A stretch of 64,000 nucleotides of DNA, taken from NCBI GenBank assembly GCA_963663165.1, contig OY760175.1:1568001-1632000 (forward strand), written 5' to 3'. How positions within the stretch are numbered: the first letter of the stretch is position 1; every line of letters begins with the position of its first letter. The translations under genes were made by a program, and so were the position numbers. The notes below the pieces were generated by a model that was not told the DNA's origin, made no database searches, and saw only the letters and a program-made list of their open reading frames with translations. Positions 50,724 through 60,825 of this stretch are shown here, piece by piece. The DNA is from an uncultured Desulfospira sp. (GTDB taxonomy: Bacteria; Desulfobacterota; Desulfobacteria; Desulfobacterales; Desulfobacteraceae).

Positions 50724-50863
50724 GTTTCACCTCAAGAATTGATTTATTAAATTTGCAAAACTCGCTTTATTCACTATAATTATATTTATAAAAATGACAA
50801 CCCATTTGACTTAACTGATATTTCAGTATACACATAACAATATTTAAAAAAAGGAGGTTCGTC

Positions 50864-51253
50864 ATGACTTATAAGACTGATTTATCTGAAAGCCTTGAAG
50901 ATTATCTTGAAACCATCCTGGAACTCCAGGAGAAAAACACCGTGGCAAGGTCAAAGGACATTGCCGAAAAGCTTGACATTAAAAGGGGTTCCGTTACCGG
51001 CATGCTAAAAAAGTTAGCCACCCAGGAACTGATCAACTACGAACCCTACGGGTTTGTTACCCTGACGGCAAAGGGGAAAAAAATCGCCCAGTCTATTGAA
51101 AAACGACACACTTTTTTTAAGGACTTTTTCTTTAAAATGCTGGAACTTGATGAAGACACCTCCGACAAAACTGCCTGTCGGATGGAACATGTTATGGACT
51201 CCAAAACATACCATAAATTCAAAGAGTTTATACAGAAAATCGGCGAAAAATAA
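50864..51253 (+). CDS. DtxR/MntR-family metal-dependent repressor
   Basis: SLEDYLETI, DIAEKL, SVTGML, YEPYG, ACRMEH. Confidence 0.9.
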   Translation: MTYKTDLSESLEDYLETILELQEKNTVARSKDIAEKLDIKRGSVTGMLKKLATQELINYEPYGFVTLTAKGKKIAQSIEKRHTFFKDFFFKMLELDEDTSDKTACRMEHVMDSKTYHKFKEFIQKIGEK

Positions 51254-51311
51254 TTTTCAGCAGCATTGGGGAAGCCCCCTGTGAAACCGCTTTTCAAATT
51301 AAAAGGAGAAG

Positions 51312-52070
51312 ATGCCTCTTTTGCCGGAGCCCTGCCCTGAAAACCCAACAGAATTTGCGCTGGACAAAAAAGGGCTTTTGCAAATTATCAATGCGCTTCC
51401 CAATGCCATCGCAGTGGTCGACCACAAGGCCTGTGTGCTTTTTTCAAACCAGCCGATTCTAACATTGTTCAACAAGAACAAACTTGATTTTATCGGCCAA
51501 AAAATTGGAAAGGCCTTTGGCTGTCATTACTATAATGACGAATGTGAGAAAGACTGCGCCTTGGTTTCAAACAGCGGTGTCTGCGCCCTCAAGCAGGGCA
51601 TAATGACCGCCCTGAAACAAAAAGACGCCTGCCGGGATATGGAAATCACCATAAAAATTGGGGAAACAGATGAAAAGGAATTGATATTCTCTATCCTTCC
51701 TGTGACCCTGAACGGGGATGACCTGGCGCTGCTGACCATTGAGGATGTCACCAAAAACCGCCACCACGAAATGCTGCGGATAGAAAAAGAAAAACTATCC
51801 GCTGTGATGAAAACCGTGGGTGCGGTCTGCCATGAAATCAATCAGCCCCTGATGATTGTCATGGGGCTTTCTGAAATGCTGTTGGAAGACCTTCCCCAGG
51901 ACCATGCCATGCATGAACGTATCCGGAAAATAATGAACCAGGCCGACCGGATGGGCCAAATCACCAAGAAACTGATGTCCATCACCCGGTACCGGACAAA
52001 ACCTTATCTCAAAGGCGAAATCCTGGATATTGACTCGGCGTCCAGCCCTTCCCCGCCTGCAGAACCATAA
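51312..52070 (+). CDS. PAS + HisKA (DHp) protein lacking the ATPase domain
   Basis: PAS-like (IINALPNAIAVVD, FSNQ), Cys cluster, VCHEINQPL; ends about 75 aa after the His. Confidence 0.75.
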   Translation: MPLLPEPCPENPTEFALDKKGLLQIINALPNAIAVVDHKACVLFSNQPILTLFNKNKLDFIGQKIGKAFGCHYYNDECEKDCALVSNSGVCALKQGIMTALKQKDACRDMEITIKIGETDEKELIFSILPVTLNGDDLALLTIEDVTKNRHHEMLRIEKEKLSAVMKTVGAVCHEINQPLMIVMGLSEMLLEDLPQDHAMHERIRKIMNQADRMGQITKKLMSITRYRTKPYLKGEILDIDSASSPSPPAEP

Positions 52071-52173
52071 AATTGAAGGAAACCGAAAAAAAGGAGGCCG
52101 CAGACCGGATAGCAAATTCGGAGATTAGCATCTTGCTCTGAATAGTTTGAGAAAAGGCAAGAAGACCAACCCT

Positions 52174-52253
52174 GTAGGAGCGGGCCATGCCCGCGATCGA
52201 ATCGCGGGCATGGCCCGCTCCTACGTGGCAACCAGAGGGAACTGCAAATCCGG
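52174..52253. repeat. GTAG-type REP palindrome inside a family C hairpin (52078-52310)
   Basis: gtaggagcgggccatgcccgcgatcgaatcgcgggcatggcccgctcctac + the same tail as 41328-41407. Confidence 0.85.
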
Positions 52254-52310
52254 TCTGACGGTTTTCCTCCCTCCGGTCTCCAGTCTTCCCTTTTTCCGGT
52301 CCCCCCTTCT

Positions 52311-55300
52311 TTATTCCCCCGCAAACAACCCCACCACATCCTGAACCGTCACATAAAGGGCCGGTACAAACACCAGGGTCAGCCCTGTGGCGGCAATGAG
52401 CCCGAAGCTGATGGACACGGCCATGGGAATTAAAAACTGGGCCTGAAAACTTTGTTCAAGCAGCAATGGAAACAGGCCGGCAATGGTGGTCACCGAGGTC
52501 AGCAGCACGGGTCTGAAACGGCTTCTTCCCGATTCCAGTACCGCCTCAACCCCATGAAGGCCCTGACGGACCCTGGCATTGGCAAAATCAATGAGGATCA
52601 ACGAATCATTAACCACGATGCCGGACAGGGCCACAATCCCGAAAATACTGATCATGGTGATGTCCAGCCCCATGATAAAATGGCCGGCCACGGCGCCCAC
52701 AAGGCCAAAGGGGATGGCCGTCATGATGATCACCGGCTGAATATAAGAGCGGAACTGGCTGGCCAGCAGCAAAAACATGACCATGGCGGCCAGCGCAAAC
52801 CCCTTGGCCAGGCTGTCAAGGGATTCCTGGGTCCGTTTGGCCTGGCCTTCAAGGTTAAAGGATACCCCGGGGGAATGTTTTTCAAGCCCCGGCAGAAACC
52901 CGGCTTTTAAAGAGGCCATGATGTTTCTGGCATTGGCCCTGTTCTCATCGATATCGGAGATTACGGTGATGACCCGGCTTCGGTCCACCCGCCGGATGGC
53001 GGAATAGCCCTGTTTTTCCTCTATGCGGGCCACCTGGCTTAAGGGGATCTGCCGGCCGTCCCGGGTCCTGATTCTCAAATTTTCAATGCTGGCCTCTGAT
53101 TGTCTTTCCTTTTCAGAGTACCGGACCGTGACCGTGACCTCGTCCTTTCCGCGCTGAAATTTTAAAACCTCATCCCCGTAGTAAGCCTGGCGGATCTGGG
53201 CGGCGATATCGGCCATGGTCACCCCAAGGGATTTGGCCCCTTCAAGGATATGAATCTGCTTTTCCATTTTTCCGGGCCTGAAATCATCGGTAATATCAAA
53301 GGTTCCGGGATAGGTGGCGATTTCGTCCTTCAGGGCGGATGCGGCGGCCTTGAGCTGGTCCAAGTCATCCCCTTCCAGGCGGATCTCTATGGGGTTTCCC
53401 CCGGGCCCCCCGCCAATGGTACTGAAGGTGAGCTGCTCGGTTCCAAGAATATCGCCGGTGAATTCACGCCATTTGGCCACCACCTCGGGCGCGGCAATAT
53501 CCGGCCGTTTGGACGACGGCAGGATTTCTATCCAGACCTCCCCGCAATGGGCCCCGTTGACGGAAGGTTTCCAGTCCCGTCTCGGGATGATGCCCACCTG
53601 GGAATAGGTGTTTGAAATCAAGGCCCGCCCCCCATTCACCCGGTCTTCAAAATGCCGGTTCAATTTGAAAGCGCCCTGCTCTATCTGCTTTACGGCGGTT
53701 TCCGTGGTGTCAAGGCTGGTGCCCTGGGGATAAATAATTTCAGCCACCAGCCAGTTGGAATCGGTTTTGGGGAAAAATACAAAAGGGACATGCCCCCCGG
53801 CCAGAAGGCCCAAGCAAACGATCAGGCAGGAAAACCCAATGGCCAGGGTCATATACCGGTTTTTAACACAATAAGTTAGAACCGGGGTATAAAGCCTGTC
53901 TATAACTTGATTCAAAAGGATTTCAATTCTCCCTCTAAGCCAGGAATGGGCAGCCCCGATATCCGCTTTGAGCCAGTCCAGCCAGAACAAACAGATTTTT
54001 CCCAGTATGGGCCTTCTGGTTTTGGCGGGAACAAGGGCATGCTCCAAATGGGCCGGCAGAATAAAAAAGGCCTCCACCAGGGATACGGCCAGGATAACCA
54101 CCACGGCCTGGGGCATGATGGCCAGAAATTTGCCCATGATCCCGGCAATGTACATCAATGGAACAAATGCCACAATGGTGGTGGCCACGGCCATGACCAC
54201 GGGGGAGCCGATCTCTTCCAATGCATCCATGACGGCTTTTTTGGCCGGTTTCCCCATTGAATAATGGGTGTACACATTTTCCCCCACGATAATGGCATCA
54301 TCCACCAAAATCCCCAGGGTCATGATAAAGCCGAACAACGACAGCATGTTAATGGAAGCCCCAAAGGCTTCCAGGACCAGGAAGGCCCCCATGAACGAGA
54401 CCGGAATCCCGGCGGCCACCCAGAAGGAAAGGCCTAAATTTAAAAAAAGGGCCAGCACAATAAACACCAGCAGAATGCCCTGGCGCCCGTTTTTAAGCAG
54501 CAGGTCAATCCGGTCCTGGACCATGTCAGCCATGTCAAACCAGTATCCGAGTTTCACCCCTTTGGGCATGCGGTCTTTGTGCTCGTTAATATAGGCAATA
54601 GCCTGGTTTGAAATGGCAATGGTGTCCTGGGCGTCGGTCCTTCTGATGACCACCATGGCCGCCGGCTTCCCGTTGAACCGGGCCTTGATGTCCGTATCTT
54701 CAAACCCGTCTGTCACATGGGCCACATCCCCTAACCGGAGAAGGGTCCCGTCCGCCTTGGCGATCAGAGGGATTTTTTCAAATTCTTCACCGGTATACCG
54801 CCGCCCCTTGGACCGGACCAGGAACTCACGGCCCCGGGTCTTGATCTTTCCGCCGGGCATTTCAAGGCTTCCGGTCTTCACGGCCTGAGCCACATCGTCA
54901 AAGGAAAGGGCATACTGCCGAAGGCTTTGCTCTGAGACCTCAACGCTGATTTCAAAATCCCTGACCCCGGACAGGGCTGCCAGGGAAATTTCCGGGGCCT
55001 TGACCAGATCGTCCCGGATTCCTTCGGCCGTATCCCGGAGCAGCCGTTCTGACACATCCCCGTATACGGCCACATAAATGGCCGGGTCATTGTTCTTGAT
55101 CTCAATGATCACCGGATCTTCAGCTTCCTCGGGAAACGAGTCGATCAAATCAATTTCAGTTCTGACCTCGTCAAGCTTGACATTGATATCGCATCCCGGG
55201 TTCAACTCCAGGGTTACAGAGCCCTGCCCCTCTATGGCCGTGGAATACATGGTTTTCACATCTTCCAGGCTCTTGAGCTGCTCTTCAATCCGGATGCAGA

Positions 55301-55490
55301 TGCCCTCTTCCACCTCTTCGGGGGTGGCCCCGGGATAAGATACACTGATATTGATCATGTCCAGATTGAACTGGGGGAACATCTCCCGCCTCATGTTCAT
55401 GGCCGTATACCAGCCGGCCACAATAATAAACACCATGACCAGGTTTACCGACACCCGGTGTTCAACGGACCATCTGCCTAAGGCCTTCAT
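52311..55490 (-). CDS. RND efflux transporter permease (AcrB/AcrD/AcrF family)
   Basis: YPGATPEEVE, LGILVDDAIIVGEN, GIVVNDS, RFRPVLLTSVTT. Confidence 0.93.
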   Translation of the reverse strand: MKALGRWSVEHRVSVNLVMVFIIVAGWYTAMNMRREMFPQFNLDMINISVSYPGATPEEVEEGICIRIEEQLKSLEDVKTMYSTAIEGQGSVTLELNPGCDINVKLDEVRTEIDLIDSFPEEAEDPVIIEIKNNDPAIYVAVYGDVSERLLRDTAEGIRDDLVKAPEISLAALSGVRDFEISVEVSEQSLRQYALSFDDVAQAVKTGSLEMPGGKIKTRGREFLVRSKGRRYTGEEFEKIPLIAKADGTLLRLGDVAHVTDGFEDTDIKARFNGKPAAMVVIRRTDAQDTIAISNQAIAYINEHKDRMPKGVKLGYWFDMADMVQDRIDLLLKNGRQGILLVFIVLALFLNLGLSFWVAAGIPVSFMGAFLVLEAFGASINMLSLFGFIMTLGILVDDAIIVGENVYTHYSMGKPAKKAVMDALEEIGSPVVMAVATTIVAFVPLMYIAGIMGKFLAIMPQAVVVILAVSLVEAFFILPAHLEHALVPAKTRRPILGKICLFWLDWLKADIGAAHSWLRGRIEILLNQVIDRLYTPVLTYCVKNRYMTLAIGFSCLIVCLGLLAGGHVPFVFFPKTDSNWLVAEIIYPQGTSLDTTETAVKQIEQGAFKLNRHFEDRVNGGRALISNTYSQVGIIPRRDWKPSVNGAHCGEVWIEILPSSKRPDIAAPEVVAKWREFTGDILGTEQLTFSTIGGGPGGNPIEIRLEGDDLDQLKAAASALKDEIATYPGTFDITDDFRPGKMEKQIHILEGAKSLGVTMADIAAQIRQAYYGDEVLKFQRGKDEVTVTVRYSEKERQSEASIENLRIRTRDGRQIPLSQVARIEEKQGYSAIRRVDRSRVITVISDIDENRANARNIMASLKAGFLPGLEKHSPGVSFNLEGQAKRTQESLDSLAKGFALAAMVMFLLLASQFRSYIQPVIIMTAIPFGLVGAVAGHFIMGLDITMISIFGIVALSGIVVNDSLILIDFANARVRQGLHGVEAVLESGRSRFRPVLLTSVTTIAGLFPLLLEQSFQAQFLIPMAVSISFGLIAATGLTLVFVPALYVTVQDVVGLFAGE

Positions 55491-56794
55491 CCGGCCTCCC
55501 TTTCGCCTTTTACGGTAAGGGCCATCCCGTCCAAAGCCCCGGGCAGGGGCGAGGAGATGATCAGGTCCCCGTCCTCAAGGCCCCGGGTAATATAAACCCG
55601 GTCCTCAAACTTTCTTAAGACGGTCACTTTCCTGATTTCAAGCCGGTTTTCACGGACCAGAAAAAGGGTATCCCCGGGCTTTAAAAGATCTCTTGGCAGC
55701 ACAAAGATATGGTCATAGGTTAACCCCCTGGTCCGGCATTCCACAAAACTGCCGGGTTTTAACCCTAAAAACGGTCCGCCGCTTTCCTGATCCGGCTTAA
55801 GGGCAAGGATCTCCAGGGTCATGGGCAGGGTTCGGGTCTTTTCGTCAATCTGGGCTTTAATCCGGGCCACCCGGGCCGTGTAGACCGGGCCGTCCATGTT
55901 GGCCATGCTCACCTGGGCCATGGGAAGCTTTCCATCACTTAACCCTTCTTGTATCCATTGAATCTCTTCTAAGGGGATGGCCACATCCACTTCCAAGAGC
56001 CCTTTTTCGTAAATCGCGCCCAGAAGCTGTCCCGGGCTGACCAGTTCCCCGGCCTCCACGGATTTTTCAAGAACAAACCCGTCAAAGGGCGCATAAACCT
56101 TGGTTTTCTCAAAGGCCAGATCCGCCTTTTTAAAATCGGTCTCGGCCATGGCCAGGGCGGCTTTTTGCTGGGCCATCAAAGGGTCCTGAAGGGCCAGATT
56201 GTTTTCCACGGCCTGAAGCTGGATCCGGGCGGCCAGATACTGCTGCCGGGCCTTGTCCAGGCTGGTTTTTGAGGCAAATTCATTTTGGGTTAAGGCCTTG
56301 ATCCGGTCCAGCTCCTTTTGGGCCAACTCCGTGTTGGTTCTGGCCAGCACGATATCTTTTTTTAAATTTTCAATATCCTGAGCCTGGCGGTTAATCTGGG
56401 CCTGAATCTGTAAAATTTTTATCCGTGCCGCCTCCCGGTCCAGATAATAGGTGCGCTGGTCAATGCCTGCCAGGCAATCCCCTTTGGCGATAACTCCGCC
56501 GGCCACAAAGCCGGGGTTTAAATATTCAAGCCGGCCCGATACTTCAGTGCAGATCCGGACCCGGTTTTGGGGCTTAACGGTGCCAAAGGCCGACACCTCC
56601 ATGGTCTTTTGTACGGCCGCCGCCTTGACCGCCCGGACTGCCGGCGCGGCCTTTACCAGATCAATTTTTTCCGGCGGTTTTTTGCTTTTGAACAATACAA
56701 ACGCCACAACAACCGCCGCCCCGATGATCAGCCCCACCCGCAGCAACCTGAAAAAAAAGCCGCGAATCATTTTGGACCCAGATAATTTTTCCAT
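55487..56794 (-). CDS. RND periplasmic adaptor (membrane fusion protein)
   Basis: N-terminal TM, GTVKP, EVSGR, coiled coil, APFDG, GELVSPG, GLEDGD. Confidence 0.9.
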   Translation of the reverse strand: MEKLSGSKMIRGFFFRLLRVGLIIGAAVVVAFVLFKSKKPPEKIDLVKAAPAVRAVKAAAVQKTMEVSAFGTVKPQNRVRICTEVSGRLEYLNPGFVAGGVIAKGDCLAGIDQRTYYLDREAARIKILQIQAQINRQAQDIENLKKDIVLARTNTELAQKELDRIKALTQNEFASKTSLDKARQQYLAARIQLQAVENNLALQDPLMAQQKAALAMAETDFKKADLAFEKTKVYAPFDGFVLEKSVEAGELVSPGQLLGAIYEKGLLEVDVAIPLEEIQWIQEGLSDGKLPMAQVSMANMDGPVYTARVARIKAQIDEKTRTLPMTLEILALKPDQESGGPFLGLKPGSFVECRTRGLTYDHIFVLPRDLLKPGDTLFLVRENRLEIRKVTVLRKFEDRVYITRGLEDGDLIISSPLPGALDGMALTVKGEREAG

Positions 56795-56827
56795 GGTACG
56801 ATCCTTAAACCAAATAATAAATTTTAA

Positions 56828-56855
56828 GCAGATGGGTGACTTTTAATTCAAACAC
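56828..56855. mobile_element. Fragment of the MITE end, overlapping the stop codon of the LOG gene
   Basis: gcagatgggtgacttttaattcaaacac versus gcagatgggtgacttttcgttcaaacac in copy 1. Confidence 0.65.
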
Positions 56856-58986
56856 CTGACAACTCAGCAACCCGGTAGTTCGGCCGGTCAAACACCTCAA
56901 CCCGTTTCTGGTAAAGGGCCTGCTCCCGGATCCGCCGGGACTTGACCCTGGCCTGTTGAACATCTTCCATGGGGATGTTGTTTTTCTGGTACCACTGGTC
57001 CGGGTCCTGCAAAAATCCCACCAGCTCAATAACCGCTTCCCTGGCGCTGGCACAGGATTTGACCAGCCGGGGGGTAAAGGCCGGCCCGTATTTTTTCAAG
57101 GCGATTTCCCTGATCTGTTTGCGGGCGTTTTCCCACAAATTGTCCGGGTCCAGGAGGATGACCGGGGCTAGGGGGCTTTCGTGAAGTTTTAAGGAGGTAA
57201 TGGTAATGAACAGTTCTTCACAGCTGCCGTAACCGCCGGTATTGACAATGGGGATGTTGCTCAGTTTCTGGATATGGTCCTGCCGGGCCAGGCGCAGGCC
57301 TTCGGTATATTTGATCAGGCCGTCGCAAGTGGTCAGGGACGCCTGATGTTCGCCTTCAAGGGCAATGGCAATGCCCACACTCATGATATTGTGCTGCCGG
57401 GCCAGGTCATTGGCCTCTTTCATCAGCCCGGGGCCGCCGCCGTGGACAATGCCCATCTCGTAACCAAGCCTTACGGCCAGCCGGTTGATCAGGTCGATGG
57501 TCAGCCGGTTGTCTGCCTCATTGGTATGGGAACCGTAAAAGGCGAACCAGTAACGGACCCGGTCAAACCGGTCCCGGTCGTCGGGCTCCATAAAGCAGCC
57601 GTGGTAAAAGGAGTAAAGTTTGTCGGTATTTGAATCATACCGTAAAAATTCACAGCCGATATCCCCGGACCAGTGGTCGGAATGGGTCAGTTTGATCATA
57701 TTTTTGATGATATCATCCTCAAACACAGGGTTATCGGCGTTGGCCAGAAAGGTTCTCAGCCCGCTGCGCTTCAAGGCGTCAATCACCTCTGGGGCCGGGA
57801 ACTTGCGGCTGATAAACACCCGGGAGTTGACCCCGCCGAGAACCGAAAGTTTTTCCAGGGTCCGGACAAATTCCCCGTTCTCCTTTTGGCCGGACTGCCC
57901 GGCCCGGGTCTTCCGAAAGGTGGAGGCCAAAATCGCGTTTTTGATAATTTCAAGCTGGGCTTCGCCCTCAGGGTTCAAGGCCTGGGGAACGGGGATAAAA
58001 TTGCCCTTGTTTAAAATCAGGCCAAGGTTTTCGGGTTCAATGGAGGAAAACAGGTTGGCCACCTCGGCATTGGTCAAAAGATCGCACAGCCGGTATCCCT
58101 CTTTGACCTTGAGCTTTTCCAAGGGAACGGTCAAGGGATTGGCCGCCCTGAAAAACCGGATCCTTATCCGGATCTGGCTTAAGGCCACCGGGGTTTTCCC
58201 AAAATGAAACAACTCCACCTGCCGGTCCCTGAAGGTTCTGAAGGGATCGAGAACCCGGGCCGGCAGATGCTCTATGTTGTCTTCATCAGGCTCCACCACG
58301 GAATCAATGATCCCGTAAATATCCCCCAGAGATATTTTAATGGCCCCGATAAACAACTGTCCCGGATTGAGCCATTCATGGTCCGGATCCAGGGCCACCC
58401 TGGACCGGATGGTATTTAATGTACTTCGCCCCTTTTTCATGACCGCAGAAATAGTGGAAGCATTCAGGGCATGGGGTTCAAAGGCATACTGGTAAGGTTC
58501 TAACGCCACACGGATGTAATCACAGGTTTTTCCGGTAAACGGGTCGGTCTCCTGGCAGATGTCAAAGCCTTCGTAATATCCTTTGCCCGCCCGTTTCCCC
58601 ACAAAAAGGCGCTTGTGAAGATAATGCCGGACATCGGCTATCCTTAACGCAGGATCTGCTGTCACGATCCGGCCGACCTCATCGCCGGGCTTAAAAAACT
58701 CCAGGGCATTGGAAAGCACCGGGTTCAGATTCTCCAATCCCCCTTCAAAATAGACATTGGCCCCGTCCATCACCGGATCAGGAAGGGTTTGGTCCCGGAC
58801 AATTTTAATCCCCATCTGGGCATTCCCGCTTCTGCCTGAAATAAAAAAGGGTTTGCCTTCGCCCATGGCCCCCCGGATATAATCGGAAACACTGGGGAAA
58901 CAGAACACCCCCGAGATCCGCTCATCGGTTCTTTCCTGAATTTTTTCTATATAGCCGTCCGTACTGATAATCCGGGGTATTTCCAT
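56848..58986 (-). CDS. LOG/SLOG-family protein with ~480-aa N-terminal extension
   Basis: C-terminal FAFYGS, IVHGGGPGLMKEAN, RLARQ, TGGYGSCEE, PVILL. Confidence 0.75.
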   Translation of the reverse strand: MEIPRIISTDGYIEKIQERTDERISGVFCFPSVSDYIRGAMGEGKPFFISGRSGNAQMGIKIVRDQTLPDPVMDGANVYFEGGLENLNPVLSNALEFFKPGDEVGRIVTADPALRIADVRHYLHKRLFVGKRAGKGYYEGFDICQETDPFTGKTCDYIRVALEPYQYAFEPHALNASTISAVMKKGRSTLNTIRSRVALDPDHEWLNPGQLFIGAIKISLGDIYGIIDSVVEPDEDNIEHLPARVLDPFRTFRDRQVELFHFGKTPVALSQIRIRIRFFRAANPLTVPLEKLKVKEGYRLCDLLTNAEVANLFSSIEPENLGLILNKGNFIPVPQALNPEGEAQLEIIKNAILASTFRKTRAGQSGQKENGEFVRTLEKLSVLGGVNSRVFISRKFPAPEVIDALKRSGLRTFLANADNPVFEDDIIKNMIKLTHSDHWSGDIGCEFLRYDSNTDKLYSFYHGCFMEPDDRDRFDRVRYWFAFYGSHTNEADNRLTIDLINRLAVRLGYEMGIVHGGGPGLMKEANDLARQHNIMSVGIAIALEGEHQASLTTCDGLIKYTEGLRLARQDHIQKLSNIPIVNTGGYGSCEELFITITSLKLHESPLAPVILLDPDNLWENARKQIREIALKKYGPAFTPRLVKSCASAREAVIELVGFLQDPDQWYQKNNIPMEDVQQARVKSRRIREQALYQKRVEVFDRPNYRVAELSGV

Positions 58987-59140
58987 GAATTTGCCTTTAT
59001 TTTCGGAACGTAATGGATCGGTTCATGACCATATCACGCAGTCATAAACCGATTGCCTGCCAAAATCAAGGTTCGGACAAATTTTAAACAGTTTTAAAAT
59101 CTTTGCCGGCAACATGTGGGGATCAGGTGTATCAATAAAA

Positions 59141-59488
59141 GGGACTTGGGATATGGGACTTGGGGATTGCAGCGTCCGTGGCCTCCCCAAGTCCCAAGCC
59201 GGCAGTTAGCATGGCCCCGTTTGATTTACCCCTCACAAACAACATGTTATATGGACAATGGTGGGCAACGCTTTAAAAAAACTTACGCAACGGCGCAACG
59301 GCGCAACGGCGCAAAGCTTAACTTCCCTTGGGCAATAGTATTCTTTGCGCCTTAGCGCCTTTGCGTGAGAATATAAAAAAAGAGGGCGAAGCCCTCAATT
59401 TTAGGATGAAAGAGCAAGGAGAAAAGCATTCCATACATTGAGAACCTCTTGCTACCCCATATCCCAAGTCCCAATTTTATACATTATA
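59141..59488. repeat. Family B element split by an insert carrying CGCAACGG octamer inverted repeats
   Basis: Left half 59141-59198 and right half 59456-59488 match 26026-26121; inner cgcaacggcgcaacggcgcaacggcgcaaag ... ctttgcgccttagcgcctttgcg. Confidence 0.75.
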
Positions 59489-59511
59489 GAATTTAACTTC
59501 TAACCTAAAGA

Positions 59512-59540
59512 AAAAGCCGGTAAAATAAATTACCGGCTTT
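59512..59540 (-). terminator. Terminator after the porin gene
   Basis: aaaagccggtaa...ttaccggcttt. Confidence 0.75.
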
Positions 59541-59564
59541 AATTCAACTGTTCAGACAGACGTT

Positions 59565-60698
59565 TTAGAATTCAAAGGTCAGCTGTAAGGTGTAGGTATC
59601 AATTTCTTCTGCATCATCATAATCTTCTGCGTTTCTGTATTCAGCGGCAACGGACAGGTTATCGGTCAGGCCAACCCCTACGGAAAACAGATATACTTCT
59701 TCAGGCAAAAGCCCCTCGGCATCATCACTGGCCTGGTATCCAATAGCCAGGGTAGTCTCAAATCCGGACAGATCAAAAGTATATCCGGCTTCAAGGGCGT
59801 ATGCGGAGGCTTCATCCCAAGTCGCATTGGGATAGTTACTGAACTCTACTTCATCCGTCAGGGCCACATATTCACCAATAACGCAGATAGGGCCAAAAGT
59901 TACCATGGCATGAATAGCCCACCCAGGAACCTGGTCATCTAATTCAGCCGCAGCTAAGCCCAGATCTGCCAATTCATCATTAGCGTCGTCGAATGCACCT
60001 TTAAGGCCGCCGGATTCCAGGATATTGTTGATCCAGTCCAGTCCGATATCAAATGAGAAATCATCGGTTTCCATGGTATATCCAACAGAGACGCCATAAA
60101 CATCAATGGATTCGTCATCATCATCTTCCATTTCACCGTTGAAAAGATAGGCAGCGGCCCTGAAACCGTTAATCTCAATGCCGACCTGAATGGCTTCATC
60201 CCTGACTTCACCAAGATCCTGGGTGATGGGATCAGAAATCATCATGGTTTCATAAGCGCCAAAGGGCACATAAATTCTACCGGCCATCAGGTAGTAGGGG
60301 ATATCATCGGTAGCACCCAGGGTGATGTGGGCTTCATCAAGGGTGATTTTGTCATCTTCATCATCCCAGCTGAGCAGCATATAGCCGGTTACCCAGTCCT
60401 GGGGTTTGGCTTCAATGCCCAGTTCCCCTGTGGCCAGGCTGATATCATCATTGTCTTCATCATCGTCGACGTCATAATCTTCTGAAGTAACCGCCACCTC
60501 AATGGTTCCGGTAAGGGTGACCCATTCTGAAATCTGGCCGATGGCTGATCCGCCGGCAGAACCGCCTGTGTTTCTCTCCAGTTTTTCGATCCGCTGTTCA
60601 AGTTCGGCATTGGAAGCGCAGAAGCCGGGAAGGGCTCCGATAAGAACCGCCACAAGGGCAGCAACAAGAATAAGTACTGCATTTTTCTGTTTCATCAT
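59565..60698 (-). CDS. LbtU-family putative porin (metal/siderophore uptake)
   Basis: Signal peptide, ELEQRIEKLE coil, LDEAHITLG, GRIYVPFG, SDPITQDLGE, C-terminal Phe. Confidence 0.8.
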   Translation of the reverse strand: MMKQKNAVLILVAALVAVLIGALPGFCASNAELEQRIEKLERNTGGSAGGSAIGQISEWVTLTGTIEVAVTSEDYDVDDDEDNDDISLATGELGIEAKPQDWVTGYMLLSWDDEDDKITLDEAHITLGATDDIPYYLMAGRIYVPFGAYETMMISDPITQDLGEVRDEAIQVGIEINGFRAAAYLFNGEMEDDDDESIDVYGVSVGYTMETDDFSFDIGLDWINNILESGGLKGAFDDANDELADLGLAAAELDDQVPGWAIHAMVTFGPICVIGEYVALTDEVEFSNYPNATWDEASAYALEAGYTFDLSGFETTLAIGYQASDDAEGLLPEEVYLFSVGVGLTDNLSVAAEYRNAEDYDDAEEIDTYTLQLTFEF

Positions 60699-60825
60699 TT
60701 TCTCCTTTTAAGAAAATATGGGTTAAAAAAAAATAATATAAAATTGATTTCAAGCCGCTTAAAGTTTAGGGCTTTGCGGTCCTGAAATTAAACAAACAGT
60801 CAAAATTCATAAAAAATCAGACTGT

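Noticed and set aside
60750..60790. c-di-GMP-I riboswitch-like words (GCAAAGCC..CTAA..AGCGG) upstream of the porin on the minus strand
   Set aside because: The 5' GGCAAAC/GAAA tetraloop stem is missing and the spacing is too short.
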